Positions 48,229 through 55,939 of a DNA stretch of 64,000 bases are shown here, one piece after another. The stretch is from IMG/VR virus record IMGVR_UViG_3300029930_000001, positions 10,935 to 74,934 of that record; one strand, written 5' to 3'. Below the pieces are notes generated by a model. That model was not told where the DNA came from, did no database searches, and was given only the letters and a program-made list of their open reading frames with translations. How positions within the stretch are numbered: the stretch's first letter is position 1; every line of letters starts with the position of its first letter. The stretch comes from a virus (taxonomy: Duplodnaviria; Caudoviricetes). The translations under genes were made by a program, and so were the position numbers.

Positions 48229-48588
48229 ATGGCGGCCCCTAATCTTAAGGCTCCAACAACCATTGTTGGAAAAACTGATGGTTATGCAGTTACTGCTAGT
48301 TTGGCTGCAGCGCTCACTAATAGCGCCGCTAGCGGTAAAGTCTTCAAGATCAACAGCGTCTACTGCGCCAACGTGGATGGGACTAACGCTGCTGACATCA
48401 GCCTCAGCTATTACAACGGCACCACGGACTTCTACCTGGCCAAGACCATTACAGTCCCTGCTGATGCCACGCAGGTGCTGGTGACTCGCGAGGCATACAT
48501 CTACCTGGAGGAAGGCGACAGCCTTCGCGCCGTCGCAAACGCCGCCAGCGACCTGGAGCTTGTCATCAGCTATGAGGAGATCAGCTAA
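48229..48588 (+). CDS. conserved virion protein
   Basis: K.NS.Y.AN.DG..AADI...YLEEGD.L motif. Confidence 0.55.
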   Translation: MAAPNLKAPTTIVGKTDGYAVTASLAAALTNSAASGKVFKINSVYCANVDGTNAADISLSYYNGTTDFYLAKTITVPADATQVLVTREAYIYLEEGDSLRAVANAASDLELVISYEEIS

Positions 48589-49385
48589 TGCTTGGCCTGA
48601 ACTCTGGACTGCTTGGCGTGCGCCGTGTGCCTACAACGGGCAGCGCTTCTGGGTTATGGGTGCCGAATGAGCAGAGCCTTGCCAAGCGCGCTGCGATTTG
48701 GCCAAAAGTCGTGACTGATCCCACTGCTGGGCTGTCGCCTGTGCTTTGGTATGACTTCTCAGATGAAGCAACTGTAACCACATCGGGCACTGAAATCACG
48801 GCAATAACTGACAAAGGCAGTCGCGGGTGGGCATTATCTAAAAGTGCAACAGGCCCGCAATATGTGACGGGCATTAACAGCAAGAAGTGCTTGGATTGGG
48901 GGGCATCTGCCGCGCACACAAAATATATGCTTAACAGCAGTACAACATCAACCACAATCGGGGAGGTTTATGTTGTTGTTGATGCTAGCTTCGGGGGCAA
49001 TATAGGCGGCAGTGGATACGCTGGGCTTTTTACTTCCGCCGACAATGCGTGGTTTGTGCTTGGGGCTGGTGGCGGCCTCATTGAAAGTGCCACTGGATTT
49101 GACAGACTCTATATCAATGGCGGCGCCACTAATAGATACTCGACTTTGTTCAGCAGCCCATCTATTGACAATCCGGCGATCCTTAGGGTTAATAATTCAT
49201 CAAGCACAACATTCAACACCACAGGCGGATTTCAAATTGGCAACGACCGTGGAAACTCCTTTCTTGAGCGGGGCTGGTCTGGCCTGATTGGAGAGTATAT
49301 CGTATTCTCTTCTGTACTAAGCAGCACAGATAGAGACTCTCTACAGGAGTGGCTAGCCTTTAAGTGGGGCATTACACTCGTCTAA
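48588..49385 (+). CDS. lectin-like (LamG/concanavalin-type) fibre tip protein
   Basis: LWYD.SD..T, W.G.IGE.IVF...LS..DR..LQ.WLA.KWG. Confidence 0.6.
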   Translation: MLGLNSGLLGVRRVPTTGSASGLWVPNEQSLAKRAAIWPKVVTDPTAGLSPVLWYDFSDEATVTTSGTEITAITDKGSRGWALSKSATGPQYVTGINSKKCLDWGASAAHTKYMLNSSTTSTTIGEVYVVVDASFGGNIGGSGYAGLFTSADNAWFVLGAGGGLIESATGFDRLYINGGATNRYSTLFSSPSIDNPAILRVNNSSSTTFNTTGGFQIGNDRGNSFLERGWSGLIGEYIVFSSVLSSTDRDSLQEWLAFKWGITLV

Positions 49386-49445
49386 GAGCACCTTCCTCGC
49401 AATAACCAATGGCCAGCCTCATCTACAACTCCTGCGTTAATGTTT

Positions 49446-49838
49446 CTATTTGCCTAATGACCAGGTGATACGCATTTCACTGCCCAATGCTTTCACTGCA
49501 TCGCTGGCGTTGTCGGGGGCCGGATGTTCAATTATCACTGACGGAACCACGGCATTGGGCAATGGAGTGACAGTGGCTGTGGGAAAAAGCTCTTGAGCTT
49601 TCTGTGCAAGCTTGCCAGCAACAATGCTTTTGTCTTCTTCTTCCCATTGTTGGACTAAAGCTTTCGCTTCTTTGTCCACTTTTTCCATGGTGATGCGTGT
49701 GCGCCATTCTGTCCAATCAGGACGACAGTTGGCCATCATTTGCTTGAACCATTCCTGAAAAGCAAGAGAAGGCCGCCTAATGGCGGCCCATAAACCAAGC
49801 TCGTAGCACATTGCATTGAGCCAGCTTTGTAAGGTCAT
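49446..49838 (-). CDS. hypothetical protein
   Basis: Overlaps the endolysin stop codon. Confidence 0.55.
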   Translation of the reverse strand: MTLQSWLNAMCYELGLWAAIRRPSLAFQEWFKQMMANCRPDWTEWRTRITMEKVDKEAKALVQQWEEEDKSIVAGKLAQKAQELFPTATVTPLPNAVVPSVIIEHPAPDNASDAVKALGSEMRITWSLGK

Positions 49839-50782
49839 CCCTCTTGAAACACTGAAATATAGACCGTGCCTGTTTTGGTGAGAGGAAGAATTTTATCGCG
49901 AAGATCAATGTTATAGCAACGCACGCATCCGTGAGTTGGCACTAAAGGTTGCTTTGGAGCCCATGCACCGGGCCAGCCATTGGCACTTCCACCGCCATGC
50001 GTCATGATTCCAGCCCTGCCATTACCAGCTTCTTGATTCTCTAGCTCGATCATGTCAAAACTGTACCAGCCATAAGCCATGAGAGTGCGATCGTAAGCAG
50101 GCTTATCACCCACTTTCTCATAGTCTTTGTAAACGGCGCCAATTTTGTACAGCCCAGGCGGCGTGTCAGAATTTGTAGTCTTCCATTCAAAATCACTATA
50201 TTGACCACGGGCAAGGCAAGGAATCTCCCAAAGCAGTTTTCCTTCATAGGAAAACGCCTTCATAGTTTCCACTGCATCGTTAACAATCAAATGGGAATCG
50301 CCAGACTTAAAACCAAAATCTTGCGGACGTTTCTTGGGGCCAATCATGATAGAAGACGTGGGTTCAGGAGCGTATTGTTTCATGAGCCGCGATAGTTTCG
50401 CGGGGTAATCTGGATCAGTGGCATAGCTTTGATCTTTTAATGCGCGTGCAGCGGCATAACGATTGGGAGCATTGTTAATGCCTTTGAAATGACGGTAGTC
50501 TTTGTACCATCGCGTGACAAGATAATCAATGCAGGCGGCAAGGCTGGGAAAGTCAATAAAACCAGCTTTAATAGTCACCCATTGACCGTCGTACCATTCT
50601 TGCGTAGTAGTAGCAGTGCCAGGCCCCTTAATTCCTAAATAGTTCTCCTTGCCAGACGTATGTTTGCCAAAGCCGCTTTCAAGGCTGCATTGAGCGGCTA
50701 CAAGCTCAGGATAGCGAGCTCCCAGCCGCTTAGCGATGGCATAGCATTCATCCCAGAACGCCTGGTCTGAAGGCCATTCCAT
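49835..50782 (-). CDS. endolysin: glucosaminidase (GH73-like) plus L,D-transpeptidase (YkuD)-like domain
   Basis: AAQ..LESG.G...N..GIK, YATDP.Y; C-terminal GIMTHGG...THGCVR. Confidence 0.8.
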   Translation of the reverse strand: MEWPSDQAFWDECYAIAKRLGARYPELVAAQCSLESGFGKHTSGKENYLGIKGPGTATTTQEWYDGQWVTIKAGFIDFPSLAACIDYLVTRWYKDYRHFKGINNAPNRYAAARALKDQSYATDPDYPAKLSRLMKQYAPEPTSSIMIGPKKRPQDFGFKSGDSHLIVNDAVETMKAFSYEGKLLWEIPCLARGQYSDFEWKTTNSDTPPGLYKIGAVYKDYEKVGDKPAYDRTLMAYGWYSFDMIELENQEAGNGRAGIMTHGGGSANGWPGAWAPKQPLVPTHGCVRCYNIDLRDKILPLTKTGTVYISVFQEG

Positions 50783-50785
50783 AGC

Positions 50786-50929
50786 TTACTTGCCCACGCG
50801 GAAGATGGTCTTCAGGCCTTCCATCAAAAGCTGAAGCACGTTGTTTGCTTTAAGGGGAGAGTGGTCAAGGATTTGGTCGAGAGCGACAACGACAATGCCG
50901 CCAATGATGAACCATTCAGCGCCAGTCAT
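50786..50929 (-). CDS. holin-like small membrane protein
   Basis: My translation: MTGAEWFIIGGIVVVALDQILDHSPLKANNVLQLLMEGLKTIFRVGK; directly upstream of the endolysin. Confidence 0.5.
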   Translation of the reverse strand: MTGAEWFIIGGIVVVALDQILDHSPLKANNVLQLLMEGLKTIFRVGK

Positions 50930-50958
50930 GATGATAAAGGCGAGGGGATGTAAATAGC

Positions 50959-51174
50959 CTAGCGTTCTGTCTCTAAAGAGCGCACCCTGTTCTCAAGGCC
51001 GCTCATATTGTTGGTTAACGTGGTAAGTTTTTCAGTGATACTTTCAATTTGCACTGCCACTTTCGCCTGTTGATTGCCAACAGTGATGAGCATTGCGCCG
51101 GTAGAAAGCAGCATGCCGGCCGTAACAGTGGCCACAAAATTCATCAAGCCGTCTTGAAAACTCTTCATGGCCAT
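50959..51174 (-). CDS. membrane-anchored coiled-coil protein (lysis module)
   Basis: One TM helix followed by a heptad repeat. Confidence 0.5.
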   Translation of the reverse strand: MAMKSFQDGLMNFVATVTAGMLLSTGAMLITVGNQQAKVAVQIESITEKLTTLTNNMSGLENRVRSLETER

Positions 51175-51254
51175 GGTGCAATATAAAAATTGTAGCTTGT
51201 TTCGGCAGTCTCTATTTGGTTGTTAGATTGTTGGCAAGACAATTTAATAGCGCC

Positions 51255-51737
51255 ATGCTGAGAGCGAATGGTCCCGATGAGCTATTGCATTCCCTCATTG
51301 AACTTCGCCCTGGAGATGCCAAACGTCGTTTTAGAAAAAGTATCTTTGAAGACTATTTCCTGCGTGGCCCATTAGGGCAATGTGCATGTGCATATTGCGG
51401 ACGATGGGGAGAGAAGATGACCATTGATCACATTGTCCCCAAAAGCAAAGGCGGCCCGCACTTTGCTAAATACAACATGGTGCCGGCATGTCAAAAATGT
51501 AATTTAGACAAGGGCAATTTGCCCATTCTTGAATGGTGGCGTCCACAGCAATTTTGGACGGAAAAGCGAGAAGAAGCTTTAATGTCGTGGGTGTATTGTC
51601 ATAGCTTTGTTAGTGCCCATACAAATCAAAAGGATCTGGAGGACTGGTGTGAGCGCCGTGGCATTGCACTGCCGTTTCATGAAACAATTGAGCATGAAAA
51701 AGGCCCCTTTTGGGGCCTTTGTTGTAATGCCGCTTAG
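51255..51737 (+). CDS. HNH endonuclease (McrA-like)
   Basis: CAYCG....TIDHIVPKSKGG...NMVPAC..CN..K. Confidence 0.85.
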   Translation: MLRANGPDELLHSLIELRPGDAKRRFRKSIFEDYFLRGPLGQCACAYCGRWGEKMTIDHIVPKSKGGPHFAKYNMVPACQKCNLDKGNLPILEWWRPQQFWTEKREEALMSWVYCHSFVSAHTNQKDLEDWCERRGIALPFHETIEHEKGPFWGLCCNAA

Positions 51738-52111
51738 TCCTTAATTGGAGGAAAAATAGCGCCACTTTCGGGCGGTTTGTCATAGCGCACGTTTGGCATG
51801 GGACAAAACCCATCCTTGCATTCCATTGAAGACTGCTCAATGGCTTCAAGCGCTTCTTTTTCCCTGTCATTTTCAAGGGCAAAGATGAGCTGTTTGAGAT
51901 ACCACTTGGCCTTTTGCAAATCTTCAAGGCCGTTTTTGGTCTCATAGCGCCAAACATACTTCAGCAAATTGCCTTTCAAGAAGCCCCGAAAAGCTTCTTC
52001 AGACATTGACGCTTCCATCGCTTCAATACATTCAATACCACCAAAGGCATAATGTGCAGGGCGATCCACGGGATGAAAAACGTTGGGAGTGTTATCAATG
52101 GTCATGATCAA
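51734..52111 (-). CDS. DUF3310 (SaV-like) protein
   Basis: V..PAHY..GGIECIEA....F.GFLKGN..KY.WR...KNG.EDL.KA.WYL. Confidence 0.85.
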   Translation of the reverse strand: MIMTIDNTPNVFHPVDRPAHYAFGGIECIEAMEASMSEEAFRGFLKGNLLKYVWRYETKNGLEDLQKAKWYLKQLIFALENDREKEALEAIEQSSMECKDGFCPMPNVRYDKPPESGAIFPPIKD

Positions 52112-52821
52112 AAAGAGGATTGGTGGAGATCAAAAGCTTCAAACGCTTCCTTGAACAATGGCCGGGCCAGTAGGGACAATGCCTGAGCATAGGCTTGAAT
52201 TTCGCCCTGTGCGTCGCCTTTGTCGCGAAGCCCAATGAAATGGAGAAGAGCCTGGAGGCTGCAGGTCCAGACGAAGCTCGTATAGTGACTAGTTGGCAAG
52301 ATGCCCCTGGCCTGTTCCTTGCTCACGCCTAGCGTTAGAAGGGCGCTGTAAGCCTGTTTCGCCTGCTGTAAGGCCTTGGCATATTCGATGGATGCCACAT
52401 GGTTCATAGTGGCGTCCAGGGGGCCGTCAGAGGCTTGTTTGTTGCTTGCGCTTTGACGACGGAACTGGCGGGGCATGTAGAACTGCTCACTATCAGCTTC
52501 GCAATAGCGAAAGCTTTTCTCGTTCCAGCCCAATTGATCATTCGCGAACGTGCCACCAATCACATGCTTCCACCATTGCCTCGCCACGTATAGCGGAGCT
52601 TTCACTTGCCATTTCGTAACCACTCCACGAAACGGGCTGGTATGTTCATGCTTGACAAGATAGTTCAAAAGCTTTTGATCCTTTTCCGACCATTCTTGGC
52701 TTGCTTGATCAAAGCTTTGCCTGGCGTCACAGACAATATCTAAGCTTGTTCCCATCCAATCAATTAGACGCACCATGCTGATGCCGTCCATCAGCGGGTC
52801 AATGCGTTCAGCGGGAGTCAT
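52108..52821 (-). CDS. thyX: FAD-dependent thymidylate synthase
   Basis: H.SPF, P..VARQW.KH, NE.S.RY, EQARG.LP, LR....AQ.EI. Confidence 0.92.
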   Translation of the reverse strand: MTPAERIDPLMDGISMVRLIDWMGTSLDIVCDARQSFDQASQEWSEKDQKLLNYLVKHEHTSPFRGVVTKWQVKAPLYVARQWWKHVIGGTFANDQLGWNEKSFRYCEADSEQFYMPRQFRRQSASNKQASDGPLDATMNHVASIEYAKALQQAKQAYSALLTLGVSKEQARGILPTSHYTSFVWTCSLQALLHFIGLRDKGDAQGEIQAYAQALSLLARPLFKEAFEAFDLHQSSF

Positions 52822-53125
52822 AAATCAAAGAGAATGGTCGAAGTCGTTGCAAACTGATTGTAGGAGCAATGTCCGTAGCTGAATGCCAGCGTACTTGTGC
52901 TTTACGGGATCTTCCACTTTCATCAAATCCAACAATGGTGCCAACAATGGAAGATGGCATCCATCCGGCAGCAGTACATTGCACATAGACCACTTGCTGT
53001 CCAACGGCCCATTCATGGTGACGAGGCGTGCGAGGAAGGTGGTAGGGGCGGTAGCCCGCCTGCAATTTTACGGCATCCTTCCCATCGTCCACCCTGTAAA
53101 CAAACTGCCTGCCATTTCGCTTCAT
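52808..53125 (-). CDS. hypothetical protein (possible SH3/KOW-like)
   Basis: Overlaps the thyX start. Confidence 0.5.
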   Translation of the reverse strand: MKRNGRQFVYRVDDGKDAVKLQAGYRPYHLPRTPRHHEWAVGQQVVYVQCTAAGWMPSSIVGTIVGFDESGRSRKAQVRWHSATDIAPTISLQRLRPFSLIYDSR

Positions 53126-53155
53126 GGCTAGGCTAAAGCAAACAATGGGAGAGCA

Positions 53156-53536
53156 ATGGCAATGATGTTTTCCATTCCAGTAGGATTAAACTACAACGGA
53201 CACGACTACATTGCGCACATGGGGCCTTTTGAGCGAAGCATGGAAAGGGACTTTGCCCTCGTAGCCAACAAGCGAGCCCTGGCCGAATGTAATGACGTGG
53301 GCAAGCTGCGAGAAGTGGCTGGCAATCTGCTGGAAGGTTGGAGCAACATGCAAGAAGCTTTCACTGCATTGATGAAAGAAAATCTTGAGCTGCGTCAAGC
53401 CATGCAAATGCAACAGCATGATCTTGATGCAGCAGAAGCGCTACTTGGTGAAGCTGGCGATGCAATCAACCGGATGTCCGCAGAACAGCAGCGATCTTCT
53501 CAAGCCAGGCGATTTCTTTGGCCGTTTGGCTCGTAA
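53156..53536 (+). CDS. hypothetical coiled-coil protein
   Basis: 126-aa ATG ORF, divergent from 52808-53125. Confidence 0.55.
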   Translation: MAMMFSIPVGLNYNGHDYIAHMGPFERSMERDFALVANKRALAECNDVGKLREVAGNLLEGWSNMQEAFTALMKENLELRQAMQMQQHDLDAAEALLGEAGDAINRMSAEQQRSSQARRFLWPFGS

Positions 53537-53831
53537 GAAGAAACACTTTCCATCCTCCCATCATGGCAAGGTTGAATTTTCTGCAGTCCCTTTCGTAGCC
53601 GCTTGCACGAACATGTCTGCCGCCGCTAAATGTTCCCCCTTGTATTTCAATGAGAGAGCGAGAAGGAAGATGTGCAAAATCTGCACGATACCGTTTTGAG
53701 CGTTTGCTTTTGGCGTAGCGTTCTTGGAAGTCGACCTCCCAAGCGGGAATGTCGCTGTACTCCCGGACCAATGGAAGGTCGGGATGGTGAGCCCGCCATA
53801 GGCCAAGGAATTGGTCTTCTAAAAGGCTCAT
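53466..53831 (-). CDS. PD-(D/E)XK endonuclease (Vsr/DUF559-like)
   Basis: YRADFA......IEIQGG..SGGRH....GY..D..K.N....GW.V. Confidence 0.8.
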   Translation of the reverse strand: MSLLEDQFLGLWRAHHPDLPLVREYSDIPAWEVDFQERYAKSKRSKRYRADFAHLPSRSLIEIQGGTFSGGRHVRASGYERDCRKFNLAMMGGWKVFLLTSQTAKEIAWLEKIAAVLRTSG

Positions 53832-53845
53832 AGTGAAATGCTAAC

Positions 53846-54268
53846 GCGCTCCTCGCGCCCTTGCCCAACCGAAACTCGCCCGTGCTCACCTAGCCCCTTA
53901 GAACCCCACCGTGCCACTGGCCTTAAATTGCGCTCCTCACGCCCTCACCAGACTCCGCCCCACCTTTGCCAGCCATAACCCACCGAGACAAACCACGCCA
54001 CTGACCAAAACTTGCACTCCTCGTGCCCCAAGCTAGGCAAACCTGTCCACTGCGAACCTTACCCCACCTCGCCATTCCCAACCACACCTCTGACCTTAAA
54101 TTGCGCTCCTCGCGCCCTCACCAATACTCGCTGCGCCACTATCAACCGCGCCATGGCACGCCGTGCCTCTGGCCATAATTTGCGCTCCTCACGCCCTTGC
54201 CCCGCCCGAGCCAGCCGCGGCTTACCTCACCAGGCCCGTCCTGAACAGACCTAACCGCACCTCCGACC
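53846..54268 (-). ncRNA. array of five GGY-NN pentamer guide-like units
   Basis: Units at 54268-54182, 54174-54103, 54095-54014, 54006-53930 and 53922-53846; each is GGYCRGW + 10-13 (GGY-like triplet + NN) + GGGCRYGAGGAGYGC, joined by 7-nt A/U linkers. Confidence 0.85.
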
Positions 54269-54276
54269 AAACGAAA

Positions 54277-54294
54277 GGCTCCCTTTCGGGAGCC
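54277..54294 (-). other. GNRA hairpin leading the array
   Basis: GGCTCCC-GAAA-GGGAGCC followed by TTTCGTTT, 28 nt after the Cas7-like stop. Confidence 0.65.
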
Positions 54295-54322
54295 CTCATA
54301 CTAAGCCGTCAAGAGCGAACCG

Positions 54323-54922
54323 TCAAGAGAAAACGCCTTCGCTCACAGCAAAGCGTCCATAACGCGGCCGCCATTCACACAATCCAATCTGGGAGCCAGC
54401 AGCTTCGGCCAGATCTTCAATCTGCTGCTTATTGAAAACAGCATCGTTAAAGACAATAGTCGCACGAGCAGACCAGCCAGTACCAAAAATCGGACGAGTG
54501 CGCATTACTTTTGCAGTGCCCACGCGAACGCCTTTGCGGAAGACAAACTTGCGGCTGTCGTACATCTCGTCAAGAGCCGTCTCATCAACTGACTCAGGCA
54601 CTCCATCGCCTTCAATCAGCAAGTGATCTTCAACGAAAAGACCGCGAGCAGCATCCTTGCCAAGTCGTGAAAGCTTTGCTGCTCCTACAAGCGATGCTTC
54701 AAAACAGTCAGAAGGAACAATGAGCTTACCTTCGTTGACGTAGAGGCCGCCGCGCCATTCAAGCTTGGCCATCATTTCATGATCGGCCTCTGTCTTTTTC
54801 CGCTTTCCAGAAATCTTTTTGATTTCTTGACTAAAAGCGTAGAACGGGTCGGCCAATTCGCCGTTGTGAACGATCAATGGGGCAATCCCCGTAATCTTGA
54901 AGCTGTAGGACTGTTGCGCCAT
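54323..54922 (-). CDS. Cas7/RAMP-like RNA-binding protein associated with the GGY-NN array
   Basis: ITGIAPLIVHN (beta-1), IVPSDCFEASL (IPGSSLKG-like), RTRPIF...W.A...F, terminal Gly-rich loop GSQIGLCEWRPRYGRF; ATG at 54922. Confidence 0.7.
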   Translation of the reverse strand: MAQQSYSFKITGIAPLIVHNGELADPFYAFSQEIKKISGKRKKTEADHEMMAKLEWRGGLYVNEGKLIVPSDCFEASLVGAAKLSRLGKDAARGLFVEDHLLIEGDGVPESVDETALDEMYDSRKFVFRKGVRVGTAKVMRTRPIFGTGWSARATIVFNDAVFNKQQIEDLAEAAGSQIGLCEWRPRYGRFAVSEGVFS

Positions 54923-55250
54923 GTTCAAAAGAACGTGAAGGACGTTGTGATTGGTGATCAACGATGACAGGCACTCCTTGAAGCTGATGTTTGCGACGGC
55001 GAACGCTGTCTGTAATCGCTTCGTGGCAGTGACGGCAGAGTGTGATCAAGTCGGAAAGACGTTCCTTCCCCAGCGGATATGGGTAATAGAACAACGGAGG
55101 ACCGCCGTATTTGTGATGGACCTCCAAGTCTTCGCAACAACCGCAAGTCTGACAGCAGTGTCCATCAACGTCAAGCCTCTGCTGGCGCTTTTCAGCCCAG
55201 ATTTCAGAGGCCATGTATTTGCTGTAGTAATCGGTGGCTGGCTTATTCAT
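54831..55250 (-). CDS. HNH endonuclease
   Basis: CQTCG...LEVHH....LG.E...DLITLC..CH; overlaps the start of the Cas7-like gene. Confidence 0.8.
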   Translation of the reverse strand: MNKPATDYYSKYMASEIWAEKRQQRLDVDGHCCQTCGCCEDLEVHHKYGGPPLFYYPYPLGKERLSDLITLCRHCHEAITDSVRRRKHQLQGVPVIVDHQSQRPSRSFEHGATVLQLQDYGDCPIDRSQRRIGRPVLRF

Positions 55251-55267
55251 GAGGGTAGATAGTAGAA

Positions 55268-55339
55268 AGGAGGGCGCAAGCCCTCCTCCCCGCCGTGCCC
55301 GACCGTGGCTAGCTGCGCCAAGGCGAAGCGGACCATGCC
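55268..55339 (-). ncRNA. solitary GGY-NN unit with its own promoter and closing hairpin
   Basis: TAAGAT -10 at 55354-55349; 10 pentamers at 55339-55290; AGGAGGGC-TTGC-GCCCTCCT hairpin. Confidence 0.65.
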
Positions 55340-55351
55340 GTTATCGGTATC

Positions 55352-55939
55352 TTACCCCACTCGGGGCAATGTGGCAACTGCGCCTTGGTTTTGGTAGATG
55401 CCATTTCCGTAACCATGTGCCGAGTCCGAACTAAGTTGGACAAACATCACTTGAACAATTCCTTCAAAGCAATAAACTTTAACTGGAAAAGCCAGGGGAT
55501 TGACAATACAAATAGTAAGGTGACCAGACCAACCAGGCTCAATTGGCGTGACGTTAATGATGGTCCCTTGACGCGCATAAGTGGATTTCCCGTCGCAAAT
55601 GCCCATAACGTTTGGGGGCATTGTGATGAGCTCCAAGCTTACGCCAAGCGCGTAGGAAAATGGGGGCAGGATGAAGAAAGTACTGCCAAGCTCCTCAATG
55701 GGAGTGGCCTTGTACATTAGCTCCTTATTGAAAGCCTTGACATCCAGGGCTTCCACTTCCTTGGAATTGTTAATGACCATAAAATCGTCTGGGGAAAGAC
55801 GAAGGTCATAACCAGCATGAGAAAGTCCATAAGACAATGCTTTGGTGCCATTGTCTAGTTCTCTAGTTTTTTCTCCAACGAAAGGGAAAAGGATGTCGTT
55901 TTCTGCAAGAACAGTGATTTCCTTGTCGTTAAGAAGCAT
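55352..55939 (-). CDS. dcd: dCTP deaminase
   Basis: LSYGLS..GYDLRL, GKSTYAR.G, TPIEPGWSG.LT, Y...YQNQ. Confidence 0.9.
   Translation of the reverse strand: MLLNDKEITVLAENDILFPFVGEKTRELDNGTKALSYGLSHAGYDLRLSPDDFMVINNSKEVEALDVKAFNKELMYKATPIEELGSTFFILPPFSYALGVSLELITMPPNVMGICDGKSTYARQGTIINVTPIEPGWSGHLTICIVNPLAFPVKVYCFEGIVQVMFVQLSSDSAHGYGNGIYQNQGAVATLPRVG

Noticed and set aside
53846-54268. Classical CRISPR array
   Set aside because: The segments between repeats are not free spacers: they carry a strict 5-nt GGY periodicity and vary in steps of 5 nt, and no cas1/cas2/cas6 is present. Reported instead as a different guide-like array.
53846-54268. Protein-coding low-complexity region (ORFs 54012-54254, 54163-54435)
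   Set aside because: A period of 5 is incompatible with codon structure, the ORFs are short shadows, and the hairpin covariation points to RNA.
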